Origin: Candidatus Carthagonibacter metallireducens
GTDB taxonomy: Bacteria > Gemmatimonadota > Gemmatimonadetes > Palauibacterales > Palauibacteraceae
Assembly: GCA_023554445.1 (NCBI GenBank)
Contig: JAMJQQ010000036.1
Span: 24,778-88,777, forward strand
Direction of reading: 5' to 3'
DNA length: 64,000 nucleotides
Part shown: piece by piece, positions 52,868 to 61,824 of the stretch
How positions within the stretch are numbered: the stretch's first letter is position 1
How the letters are laid out: each line of letters begins with the position of its first letter
Notes under the pieces: model-generated
Seen by the model: the letters and a program-made list of their open reading frames with translations, nothing else
Told to the model about the DNA's origin: nothing
Database searches by the model: none
Position numbers and translations under genes: made by a program

Positions 52868-53874
52868 ACGAATCGCGGGGCCCGCACGGGGCCTCGCGCG
52901 GGACCTCTCCCGCACCGCTCCCTACCTCTGCGACCGTCCCGGCCGCGTCTTCCTTTGCCGTGATCATCCCGGCTTTCGACGAAGCCGCCAACATGTCGGA
53001 CCTGTTCGCGGAGCTGTCGGAGACCTTCAGGAATCACGAGCTCGACGGCGAGGTCGTGCTGGTCGATGACGGCTCGTCGGACGGTACGCTGGCAGCGGCA
53101 CGGGAGGCTGCGGCGCGGGAGGGGTTCGCCCGGCTCCGACTGCTGCGTCATCGTACGAATCGCGGAAAAACCTCCGCTCTCGTGACGGGTGCCCGCGCCA
53201 CCGATGCCGAGGTGCTGGTGCTGTACGATGCCGATCTGCAGCATTCCACGGAGGAGATTCCTCGCTTCCTCGAAGGCATCGAGGGGGGACTCGATGTCGT
53301 GACCGGGCGGAAAGTGGGGCAGTACGACAAGCGCTTCGTATCGAGTGTCTACAACGGATTGGCGCGGCGGTTGTTCGACGTGCCGGTCAGGGACATGAAC
53401 TCGATGAAGGCGTTCCGGCGCGAGGTGCTCGAGGATCTGCACCTCAGGGAGGACTGGCATCGGTATCTCGTAGTGCTCGCGAACGCTCGCGGCTGGAAAA
53501 TCGGTGAGATCGACATCGAACTGCTTCCGCGCCGGCATGGCGACCCGAAGTACGGAGGGAGCGGTCGGATCCTGGTGGGCATGCTGGACCTGCTGGCCGT
53601 CTGGTTCCAGCTCGTGTTCAGCCGCAAGCCGCTGATGTTCTTCGGGGTCACCGGACTCGCGCTGCTGGCCGCGGGAGGCGTGGTCGGTCTGATCGCCCTC
53701 TGGCTTCGATTCGTGGAAGGATCCGGCTTCCGTCCGTTGCTGAACCTGGTCTTGTTGCTCGTGCTGCTCGGCGGCCTCCTGTTCATTGCGGGCCTGATCG
53801 GTGAGTTGATCGCGGGGCTTCGGTCAGAGGTCGACGATCTCCGACGCGAGCTGCGCCGGGCAGACCGGTCCTGA
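52864..53874 (+). CDS. family-2 glycosyltransferase, polyprenyl-phosphate sugar synthase type (GtrB/ArnC/CsbB-like) with C-terminal TM helices
   Basis: FAVIIPAFDEAANM...VVLVDDGSSDGT and the DxD region (LYDADLQH), then two C-terminal TM helices. ATGA overlap with the rpoN stop. Confidence 0.8.
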   Translation: MNESRGPHGASRGTSPAPLPTSATVPAASSFAVIIPAFDEAANMSDLFAELSETFRNHELDGEVVLVDDGSSDGTLAAAREAAAREGFARLRLLRHRTNRGKTSALVTGARATDAEVLVLYDADLQHSTEEIPRFLEGIEGGLDVVTGRKVGQYDKRFVSSVYNGLARRLFDVPVRDMNSMKAFRREVLEDLHLREDWHRYLVVLANARGWKIGEIDIELLPRRHGDPKYGGSGRILVGMLDLLAVWFQLVFSRKPLMFFGVTGLALLAAGGVVGLIALWLRFVEGSGFRPLLNLVLLLVLLGGLLFIAGLIGELIAGLRSEVDDLRRELRRADRS

Positions 53875-53914
53875 CCGGGCGCCGACGCGAACCCGGAACT
53901 CCATCTCTCACGCC

Positions 53915-55129
53915 TTGCGAATTCTCCACGTAGTCACCGCGTTTCCCCGGACACCCGAGGATCCGATCACGCCCTGGCTCGTGGAGTTGATCAGGAGGCA
54001 GCGGGCGGCGGGACTCGATGCGCAGGTCCTCGCTCCAGCCTACCTTGGCGGTCCGGAGCGAGAGGCGTTCGATGACATCCCCGTGCATCGCTTTCGGTAT
54101 GCCCCGGCGTCGTGGGAGGTACTCACGCATGATGAGACCGTGCCGGACCGGATTCGGCAGCGACGATACGTCGCGGGCCTCGTGCCACCATACCTGGCCG
54201 CAGGCATCCGCGCCGGCCACGAGGCAGGCCGATCCAGCCCGGAGGTCGTGCATGTGCACTGGCCGATGCCGCATGCCCTGATCGGCGCGGCGGTGCGTCG
54301 GGGCTCCGGAGGACGCACGGCGATGGTGTGCAGCTACTACAGCGTCGAGTTGAACTGGGTGAAGGGCAGCATGCCGCGTCTGATGCCATTTCTGCGCTGG
54401 ACGGCCCGAAGCGCGGACGCAGTGACCGCGATCTCGACCTCGACCGCAGACGCCGTCCGGCAACTCACCGATACACCGGTCTACATCGTGCCATACGGTG
54501 CGGCATTCGAGGATGACGGCCTCCCGGTTCGTTGCTCGGCTCTCAGAGGAGAGCGGCCGCTGCGGCTCCTGTTCGTCGGGCGTCTCGTCGAGCGGAAGGG
54601 CGTAGAGGTGCTGGTGCGGGCGCTATCGGCTCTCTCCGCGTTTCCCGATGCCGAGCTCACCGTGATCGGCACCGGGGAGCGCGCCACGATCATCGAGCGA
54701 ACGGCCCGGGTTCACGGGGTCGCGGATCGTGTTCGGATGCTCGGATCGGTCTCCCGAGATCGGCTGGTTGAGAGCTATGAGGATCACGATATCTTCGTGC
54801 TCCCGGCTGTCGTGGACGAAAAGGGTGACACCGAAGGTCTCGGAGTCGTGCTGCTCGAGGCACTTCGATTCGAACGGCCGGTGATCGCCAGCGGAATCGG
54901 AGGCATCACCGACATCGTGGAGCACGGTCGCTCGGGACTGCTGGTTCCGCCGGGGGATTCCGACGCGCTCGCATCCGCGATCGAAGAGATGGCGCGTGAC
55001 CCCGAGCGGGCGCGCGCCATGGCAGCGACCGGCCGCGAGGATGTCCGCCGGCAATTCGGCTGGGAACGGGTAGTGATGGAAACCAGCCGCGCGTACCGGG
55101 TGGCAATGGAGCGGCGAGATGGTGCGTGA
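53915..55129 (+). CDS. family-4 (GT-B) glycosyltransferase
   Basis: MRILHVVTAFP N-terminus and the C-terminal GT4 motif (GVVLLEALRFERPVIASGIGG...EHGRSGLLVPPGD). TTG start. Confidence 0.8.
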   Translation: MRILHVVTAFPRTPEDPITPWLVELIRRQRAAGLDAQVLAPAYLGGPEREAFDDIPVHRFRYAPASWEVLTHDETVPDRIRQRRYVAGLVPPYLAAGIRAGHEAGRSSPEVVHVHWPMPHALIGAAVRRGSGGRTAMVCSYYSVELNWVKGSMPRLMPFLRWTARSADAVTAISTSTADAVRQLTDTPVYIVPYGAAFEDDGLPVRCSALRGERPLRLLFVGRLVERKGVEVLVRALSALSAFPDAELTVIGTGERATIIERTARVHGVADRVRMLGSVSRDRLVESYEDHDIFVLPAVVDEKGDTEGLGVVLLEALRFERPVIASGIGGITDIVEHGRSGLLVPPGDSDALASAIEEMARDPERARAMAATGREDVRRQFGWERVVMETSRAYRVAMERRDGA

Positions 55130-55898
55130 GCACGCGACCGCGGACCGCTACGGCGAGCTCGTCACGTCGCAGGCCTACCGTCGTGCCAGGGTCGCGAAGG
55201 CGGAAGTCATCTGGCATCTGTGCGGTGACCGGCTGCTTCGGGCGAAAAGGCCGGCCGACCTCGGGGCGGGAACCGGGATCATGCGAGCCGTACTCGAGGA
55301 CAAGATGGGGAAGCCGCTGTATGGATTCGAGATCGATATCTCGTTCGTCGAGGAGCCGAAGCACATGGTCGGAGCGGACGTCGAGCGCCTGCCCCTCGCT
55401 GACGGGGCGCTCGACTTCGTGATCATGAATCACCTCTACGAGCATGTTTCGCACCCCGATGTTCTGTTTCGAGAGGCATTCCGCGTGCTTGCCCCGGGCG
55501 GGGGCGCCTACGTCACGGCGGGCAGTCGTCTTGCCGTGATCGAGCCGCACTACCGGCTACCGTTCCTGAGCTGGCTGCCCCGACCGGTGGCCTCGGCATA
55601 CCTTCGGTTGTCAGGTAGAGGCGACAGCTACGAGGGGATCCGGTTTCTTACCTATCGACCCCTCACGGATCTGATGCGGAAGGCGGGGTTCGTCGTTCAC
55701 GACATCACGGAGAGGGCGATCGATGAGCTTCTGGATCGAACCCGGGGCAGGTCCTGGACCGCTGCCTGGGCTGCGGCCGGCAGTCTGGGCGACGATACGC
55801 GTGCGGCCCTGCTTCGCCTCGCGTCTCCGCAGTGGTTCTTCATGCTGGAAAAACCGCTGACCCGGACGAGTGACGCAACCGGGAGCGGCGATGACTGA
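55119..55898 (+). CDS. class I SAM-dependent methyltransferase
   Basis: SAM motif I LGAGTGIM and the acidic loop DVERLPLADGALDFVIMNHLYEHV (methyltransferase type 11/12). It overlaps the GT4 end by 11 nt. Confidence 0.75.
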   Translation: MVREHATADRYGELVTSQAYRRARVAKAEVIWHLCGDRLLRAKRPADLGAGTGIMRAVLEDKMGKPLYGFEIDISFVEEPKHMVGADVERLPLADGALDFVIMNHLYEHVSHPDVLFREAFRVLAPGGGAYVTAGSRLAVIEPHYRLPFLSWLPRPVASAYLRLSGRGDSYEGIRFLTYRPLTDLMRKAGFVVHDITERAIDELLDRTRGRSWTAAWAAAGSLGDDTRAALLRLASPQWFFMLEKPLTRTSDATGSGDD

Positions 55899-58233
55899 GC
55901 TGACGATCGACCGGAGGCCCCGGGTTCCGCCGTGGCTGGCCTTCTCGGGAGTCTGCCTGCTGCTCTCGATTCTCTTCTATCGGGAGTTCGTGTTCGGGCC
56001 GGGGACGATGTTGTTCGGAACGGACATGGTGGACCAGGCATTTCAGCTTCGCCAGTTCGGTGTGGAGGAGATCCGCAGCGGGAGAGGATTCCCCCTGTGG
56101 AATCCGTTCGTGTACGGAGGCCTCCCCTACCTGGCCGTGTTGCCGGGCCCGGTGTTCTATCCGACGAGTCTGCTGTACCTGATCATGCCGCTGCACAGGG
56201 CGATCGGGTGGACCTTCGTGCTGCACACGGCCTTGAGCGGAGTCTTCGCCTATGCCGCGGCCCGGTCGATCCGTCTCGACCCGAAGGCGAGCTCTGCCGC
56301 CGGTCTCGCCTTCCTGCTCACCGGAATGGTCCTGTCGACGGTATACGGTGGGCACGACGGCCGGATGTTCGTCATGGTTCTCGTTCCACTGGCATTCGCA
56401 CTGCTCGAGAAGGGTCTGCAGACGGGTAGAGCCGGCTGGTTCGCCGGAATGGGACTCGTCGTGGCTCTGCAGATCTTCACCCCCCACGTGCAGTTGATGT
56501 ACTTCTCTTCGCTCTGTCTGTCCCTGTATGCACTGGTCAGGATCTCGAGCATCGGTCGCGGAGAGGCGGGGCGGGGCGGGGCCCTCCGGCTGTTCGGGCT
56601 TTTCGGGCTCGGATTCCTGATCGCCGCCCTGGTCGGAGCGGCCCAGCTCGTCCCCACGTGGCGGATACTCGACATCGCGGTTCGAGGTGGAACCGGAGAG
56701 TCCGGCTACGGATTCGCGTCCTCCTGGGCCCTGCCACCGCAGGAGCTGACAGCGCTCATTCTGCCCGATCTGGTCGGCTCCCTGCAGACGTACTGGGGCA
56801 CGAATCCGTTCAAGTTGCACACGGAGTACCTGGGCGTCGTCCCCGTCGCGCTCGCCCTCGTCGCCTTGACCGGGATCCGGTCTGATGCCAGGGTCCGGTT
56901 GTTGAGTGCGATCGCACTGCTCTGCATCCTCTTCGCACTGGGTGCAGCTACTCCCTTCCACCGATTGACCTATGCACTCGTTCCGCTCATTTCGCGGTTT
57001 CGAGCACCTTCGATGATGCTGGGGCCCGGTGCCCTGTTCGTAGCCCTGCTCGCCGGCATCGGCTGGGAGAGAATCACCGCTCAGCCATCGGGCGCGGAAG
57101 GGAATTCTCGGCCTTCCGGAGCAGCGCTCGCGGTGTTGCTGGGACCACTGCTGCTCGTCGGTCTGCTCGCGCTGGCCAGCCCCGAGGGACTGGCCCGGTG
57201 GGCGCATACCGCTCTGTTTCCCACCGGTTTCGACCGGTTTCCCGGCCCCGAAGGGATCGCTCAGCTCAGAGGGAACGGCATGATGTTGGTTCTCGGCACC
57301 GCCGCCGTTTTCGCGGCAGCCTGGACCTCCGACCGCGGCGGAGTGGTGCCGCTGGCCGCCGCCGCGCTCGTCGCATGTGTGCTCGTAGCGGATCTGTGGA
57401 GAGTGGATACGCGCTACGTGGAAACGGTGCGCCCGGAGGAGGTGTTTCCGGCCGATCCTTCGATCGCGCGGATGCGCGAGGGCCTCGGGGCAGGGGAGAG
57501 GGTGTTTCCGGTGCCAGGGCGGACCGGTTATCGCCCGAATGAACTGATGGGCTACAGGGTCCCGTCGGTCACGGGGAGCCAGAACTTCCGACTCGAGTGG
57601 TTCGAGCGATTGAGCGGAGGACTTTCCTACCGGAATCTAGGAGCTCCGGCAGTCTGGCAGCTGTTCGACCTCCGATACCTGACCACGGATGCGCCGGTCG
57701 AAACCCCCCTTCTCACGGAATTGGAACGTGGCGCTCGAGGTGTGGTCTACGAGGTCGCGTTCGACGCACCGCACGCATGGTTCCCCGAGTCCGTCGAGGC
57801 GACCCGGGACACTTCCGAAGCCCTGCGCCGGGTCCTCGCGCTGGAGGATCCGCTGTCGCACGCCATCGTCGAGGCCGACCGGGCGCCGCCGGCCGGGGCC
57901 GGAGAGGCGAGAGTGACGCGACTCGAAGCGGACGAAATCGTGCTCGATGTCGTAGCCGAGCGCTCGGGGCTGCTGTTCGTCAGCGAGATCTGGCACCCGT
58001 CCTGGCTGGCGACGGTGGACGGGGAGCCGGCCGAGGTCCTGAGGACCAACGTCGCATTCCGGGGTGTGGTAGTGCCCGAGGGCCCGCATCAAGTGAGGCT
58101 GCATTATTCTGCTGCGGAGTTTCGCCTCGGCTTCGGGCTCTCGGCAGCCGGACTGTTGCTCGCGGGCGGCGTCCTGCTCTCGGGCATGGCGGCGTGGCGG
58201 AGAACTGGTGGCGACCCGGGAACAGAGGGCTGA
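55891..58233 (+). CDS. YfhO-family polytopic membrane glycosyltransferase-like protein
   Basis: 780 aa with many TM helices. The N-terminal motif FGTDMVDQAFQLRQFGVEEIRSGRGFPLWNPFVYGGLPYLA matches the YfhO family signature (G-x-D...Q...P-L-W-N-P...GG-P), and there is a large extracytoplasmic C-terminal domain. The ATG at 55891 with GGGAG upstream is preferred over the GTG at 55870. Confidence 0.6.
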   Translation: MTELTIDRRPRVPPWLAFSGVCLLLSILFYREFVFGPGTMLFGTDMVDQAFQLRQFGVEEIRSGRGFPLWNPFVYGGLPYLAVLPGPVFYPTSLLYLIMPLHRAIGWTFVLHTALSGVFAYAAARSIRLDPKASSAAGLAFLLTGMVLSTVYGGHDGRMFVMVLVPLAFALLEKGLQTGRAGWFAGMGLVVALQIFTPHVQLMYFSSLCLSLYALVRISSIGRGEAGRGGALRLFGLFGLGFLIAALVGAAQLVPTWRILDIAVRGGTGESGYGFASSWALPPQELTALILPDLVGSLQTYWGTNPFKLHTEYLGVVPVALALVALTGIRSDARVRLLSAIALLCILFALGAATPFHRLTYALVPLISRFRAPSMMLGPGALFVALLAGIGWERITAQPSGAEGNSRPSGAALAVLLGPLLLVGLLALASPEGLARWAHTALFPTGFDRFPGPEGIAQLRGNGMMLVLGTAAVFAAAWTSDRGGVVPLAAAALVACVLVADLWRVDTRYVETVRPEEVFPADPSIARMREGLGAGERVFPVPGRTGYRPNELMGYRVPSVTGSQNFRLEWFERLSGGLSYRNLGAPAVWQLFDLRYLTTDAPVETPLLTELERGARGVVYEVAFDAPHAWFPESVEATRDTSEALRRVLALEDPLSHAIVEADRAPPAGAGEARVTRLEADEIVLDVVAERSGLLFVSEIWHPSWLATVDGEPAEVLRTNVAFRGVVVPEGPHQVRLHYSAAEFRLGFGLSAAGLLLAGGVLLSGMAAWRRTGGDPGTEG

Positions 58234-58238
58234 GAGCG

Positions 58239-59216
58239 GTGCGGGGGGGCGAGAATTCCGATCCCGGAAGGGCACTGCCCGTCCACGAGAAGCGAAAACG
58301 GGCGATCGGCTGGACGTTCGTGGCCCTGTCGCTCGTGTTCGCGCTCTTCCTTCTCGTGCGCCAGGGTGGAGAGGTGTCGGGATTGCGCTCCGACCTGCGC
58401 GACTTCGGCTGGACTCTTCGCCCCGGCTGGCTCATTGCGGCTCTCGTGATCGGCACCGCAAACCTGTTTCTCATGGGCGCGATCTGGGTAGGGCTGTTTC
58501 GGGCACTGGGAGGCAGGATCGGAACGTCGGAGGGGGTTCGGGTGTGGATGGTGACCAATCTCGGGCGCTACATTCCGGGCAAGCTCTGGCAGCTGTCGGG
58601 CCTCGCGTTCTACATGCGGGACCGCCGGAGGGCAGGCGCGTCAGCGTTGACGGCAGCCGGTCTGTTTCAGGTGCTCGTCCTCGGGACGGGGGTCGCCGTC
58701 GCCGCGGCCGTGCTGGGCGCCGAATTTCTGGCGGGGGGAGCGACCGTTCCGATCGCGGTCATCCTTCTGCTGCTCGTGGTCCTGCTGGTGCGACCCTCAC
58801 TGACGGGCCGTCTGACGGGTGCGCTGGCAAAGCGCTTCGGAGAGACGCCGCCGGCGCAGCCACCGGGAGCCGGCTCGGCCGTGCTGGCTGCCCTCGGCCT
58901 GATCGTGGCGTGGATGGTGAACGGTCTCGGCCTCTGGTGTGTCTGGAGAGGGGCGGGAGGCGGCACCGAACCCGGCTTTCTGACGATGGCGGGAGTGTTC
59001 TCAGCCTCCTACGTCGCCGGATATCTCGTCCTCATCGCGCCCGGAGGACTGGTGGTGAGAGAAGGAACGATGGCCGGATTGCTGGCCGCTGTTGCCGGCG
59101 TGCCTCTCTCCGTCGGAGCGGCAGTCGCGGTACTCGCGCGGCTGTGGGCGGTGGCGACGGAGTTACTGGCGGCGGGACTCGCGGGTACAGTCCGGCAGGA
59201 ACGAGGTGAGGGGTGA
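58239..59216 (+). CDS. flippase-like / lysylphosphatidylglycerol-synthase-TM-region family membrane protein
   Basis: Roughly 8 TM helices, with YIPGKLWQ near the middle and a C-terminal LIAPGGLVVREG that resembles the P-G-G-l-G-v-R-E motif of this family. GTG start 6 nt after the yfhO-like stop. The track ORF (57597..) is a 5' extension through that gene. Confidence 0.5.
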   Translation: MRGGENSDPGRALPVHEKRKRAIGWTFVALSLVFALFLLVRQGGEVSGLRSDLRDFGWTLRPGWLIAALVIGTANLFLMGAIWVGLFRALGGRIGTSEGVRVWMVTNLGRYIPGKLWQLSGLAFYMRDRRRAGASALTAAGLFQVLVLGTGVAVAAAVLGAEFLAGGATVPIAVILLLLVVLLVRPSLTGRLTGALAKRFGETPPAQPPGAGSAVLAALGLIVAWMVNGLGLWCVWRGAGGGTEPGFLTMAGVFSASYVAGYLVLIAPGGLVVREGTMAGLLAAVAGVPLSVGAAVAVLARLWAVATELLAAGLAGTVRQERGEG

Positions 59217-59977
59217 GTTCAGGAGCATCGACGGACCGGACCGCCGGGGATCGAGGACGTGGACGAGCGCTCGTCGTGCTTCCCACGTACGAAGAGGCCC
59301 GGAACCTCGAGGGAATCGTACCGCTGATTCTCGAGGCCGACCCGCGGATCGACATCCTGATCGTCGACGATGCGTCTCCCGATGGTACGGGGGCGATCGC
59401 CGATCGCATCGCATCGACCGAACCGCGCGTGCGAGTCCTGCACCGTGAGGGAAAGCAGGGCCTGGGATCGGCTTATCTGACCGGCTTCGGAATCGGGCTG
59501 GAGCAGGGATACGAGTGGCTGATAGAGATGGATGCGGACTATTCGCACGATCCGAAGTATCTGCCGGAGATGCTGGATGCGGCCTCCGGAGAGGCCGATC
59601 TCGTGATCGGATCCCGCTACGTCCGGGGGGTCAACGTGATCAACTGGCCGATGAGTCGCCTGCTCCTGTCGTGGTTCGCCAACAAGTACGCGCACTGGAT
59701 CACGGGCCTTCCGCTGAAGGACGCGACCAGCGGATTCAAGTGTTTCCGACGGGAAGTGCTGGAAGCGATCGACTTCGACCGCGTGGGCAGCACCGGATAC
59801 ACATTCCAGATCGAGATGGACTATCGAGCCTGGAAGCAGGGATTCCGGCTCAAGGAAATTCCGATCGTGTTCACCGATCGGGCCGAGGGAGAGAGCAAGA
59901 TGTCGGGCGCTATCGTGCGGGAGGCCGTATGGCGGGTATGGGCGCTGAGAATGAAGGGTCTTACCGGCCGTCTTTAG
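59213..59977 (+). CDS. family-2 glycosyltransferase, Dpm1-like polyprenyl-phosphate mannosyl/glucosyltransferase (soluble type, no TM)
   Basis: LVVLPTYEEARNL, ILIVDDASPDGT, and the DxD-equivalent EMDADYSHDP. GTGA overlap with the preceding gene. Confidence 0.8.
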   Translation: MSSGASTDRTAGDRGRGRALVVLPTYEEARNLEGIVPLILEADPRIDILIVDDASPDGTGAIADRIASTEPRVRVLHREGKQGLGSAYLTGFGIGLEQGYEWLIEMDADYSHDPKYLPEMLDAASGEADLVIGSRYVRGVNVINWPMSRLLLSWFANKYAHWITGLPLKDATSGFKCFRREVLEAIDFDRVGSTGYTFQIEMDYRAWKQGFRLKEIPIVFTDRAEGESKMSGAIVREAVWRVWALRMKGLTGRL

Positions 59978-60038
59978 CAGGTCGTGCGGGCCGGAGGAGA
60001 GGCCGGAGTGCCACGAGAGGGTAACCACCCATGGGCGC

Positions 60039-60060
60039 TAGTTAACATAATATACATTAT
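60039..60060. other. 22-nt AT-rich island (TAGTTAACATAATATACATTAT) flanked by GGCGC/GCGCC, in the convergent intergenic region
   Basis: Seen in sequence. It has 3/22 GC in a genome of roughly 65-70% GC, and contains GTTAAC and the near-symmetric ATAATATACATTAT. On the - strand, after the TPR-gene stop, a GGCC-TTTTT-C run is visible, so this region may contain terminator elements. Confidence 0.3.
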
Positions 60061-60145
60061 GCGCCGTTAGGCTGGCGCCGGTCGACAGGCGCCGGGTGCC
60101 GGGCTGGACCCGAAAAAGGCCCTCGACCGGACGGATCGAGCCGGA

Positions 60146-60997
60146 CTACTCTCCCGAGTCCGTCTCCGGATTCCCGGCCTCGTCCCCGGACTCCGACGGC
60201 GCCGCGTCGAACGACTCCGTGCTCGGACGGCCCGTGGAAGGTGCGGTAAGCGCCTCCGGGTCGAAGGTCCGCATCTCCGGAACCGGCGGGACACTTCCGC
60301 CCGCCGCCTGTAACGCTTCAACCTCGCCCACCCGGACCGCCCAGATCGATGCCTGGTCCTCGGCCTGAGGCTCCTCATCCGCGAGCAGCTGACGGTAGAG
60401 TGACTCCGCACGCTGGAGGTCGCCGATCCGGGCATGAATTCTGGCCTGCTCGCCAATAGCGTCCTCGCGCTGAAAGCCGAACACGGCCTCCCTCGCGATC
60501 CGCTCGTGCCACCGGATCGCCTCCTCCGGGCGTCCCGCCATCTCGTGGGCAGCGGCGATCGCCTCGGCGGCCCGAAATGCCACAGGGGTTCCCATGGCGA
60601 GGTCGGCTGCTGGCTCCAGATTCCGGATCGCGGAATCGAAGTCGTTTGCTCTCAGATCCATCTGGGCCATGTAGAGGCGCGCTTCGTTACCGAACGGCGT
60701 TCCGCCGAACTGGCCGATGTACTCGGCGAGTTCAGCCCTGACCTGCTCGGGCGGAGCGCCCGACGCGGAGGTCATTCGTATCTCGTCCAGCCGCACTGCC
60801 GCACGCTCGGAGATCTTGCTCCGGTAGTCGAGATATGCCCAACCGGCAAACAGGAGCGCGATCAGCGCAACGGTACCCAGTGTGACCACCCGGCGATTCC
60901 GGTCCGCCCAGTCCGCCGCGGTGACGACGCTCTCGACGACACGATCCTCGGTGTTGACCGGTTCCTTCTTGGCCTTCGTGGCCATCGACTTTGCCAT
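60146..60997 (-). CDS. membrane-anchored TPR-like protein (YfgM-like)
   Basis: A short N-terminal cytoplasmic segment and one TM helix (VVTLGTVALIALLFAGWAYL). The body is helical and Ala/Arg/Glu-rich, repeat-like, with an acidic tail. Confidence 0.55.
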   Translation of the reverse strand: MAKSMATKAKKEPVNTEDRVVESVVTAADWADRNRRVVTLGTVALIALLFAGWAYLDYRSKISERAAVRLDEIRMTSASGAPPEQVRAELAEYIGQFGGTPFGNEARLYMAQMDLRANDFDSAIRNLEPAADLAMGTPVAFRAAEAIAAAHEMAGRPEEAIRWHERIAREAVFGFQREDAIGEQARIHARIGDLQRAESLYRQLLADEEPQAEDQASIWAVRVGEVEALQAAGGSVPPVPEMRTFDPEALTAPSTGRPSTESFDAAPSESGDEAGNPETDSGE

Positions 60998-61155
60998 GAC
61001 AGATCAACCACTTCCTGTAAGTACTTGTTTGCGAGTGACTTATGTCGCCCTTGCCGCACCCGTACCTCTCCCGGCCGGATACAGGCCTGAAAACCTATCC
61101 GGTCGTGCGGGCCCGAGTCAACGAGAAGGTCAGCGTGTGTGCCCCGACCAGCCGC

Positions 61156-61824
61156 TCAGAATACGAACGAGACGCTGAGAAACCCGAGCACCAGCAGCAC
61201 CACGAAGGCGATGGTCAGAAGGTTGAAGTACTTCTCGATGAACTCGCGGATCGGCTCGCCGAAGGCACGGATCAGACCTGCGACCAGGAAGAACCGGGCA
61301 CCTCGACTCAGTGCGGAGATCGCTATGAACGCAGGAAAGGACACACCGAACGCGCCCGCCGCAATGGTGAAGACCTTGAACGGGATCGGAGTGAAGCCCG
61401 CCGTCCCGAGCGTGAGAATGAGGTTCTCCTCGAACAGGACCCGAAGTTCGTCGTAGTGCTCCTGTCCATGGTAGAACTGGATGATCGGCTCGCCGATGGA
61501 GGCATAGAGGGAGCTTCCGATCACGTAACCGAGGGCTGCACCTGCCACCGAGCCGACCGTGCAGACGAAGGCGAACCAGAGGGACCGTCGCACATTGCCG
61601 AGAGCGAGGGGAATCAGCAACACATCGGGAGGAATGGGAAAGAAGGATGACTCCGCGAAGGCGATTCCGAACAGCGCCCAGGTTCCGCCCGGCCGGTCGG
61701 CCCATCCCAGTACCCAGTGGTAGAGGCGATGCAAGGGACCGCCGTGCGATCCATCCTCCGCCAGTTCCAACTCTTCCGACTCGACGACCGCCTCGGCCGC
61801 GCTCCCCTGCACCGGATCGTTCAC
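61156..61824 (-). CDS. DedA/YqaA-type membrane protein
   Basis: FFPIPPDVLLIPLAL, then GFTPIPFKVFTIAAGAFGVSFPAFIAISALSRGARFFLVAG. The track start (61884) overlaps pcm by 63 nt. The GTG at 61824 overlaps the pcm TGA (GTGA). Confidence 0.7.
   Translation of the reverse strand: MNDPVQGSAAEAVVESEELELAEDGSHGGPLHRLYHWVLGWADRPGGTWALFGIAFAESSFFPIPPDVLLIPLALGNVRRSLWFAFVCTVGSVAGAALGYVIGSSLYASIGEPIIQFYHGQEHYDELRVLFEENLILTLGTAGFTPIPFKVFTIAAGAFGVSFPAFIAISALSRGARFFLVAGLIRAFGEPIREFIEKYFNLLTIAFVVLLVLGFLSVSFVF

Noticed and set aside
56560-56585. G-run repeat GGGGCGGGGCGGGG (G-quadruplex-like)
   Set aside because: It lies inside the YfhO-like coding sequence and simply encodes Gly/Arg/Ala residues, as expected from the GC-rich codon bias.
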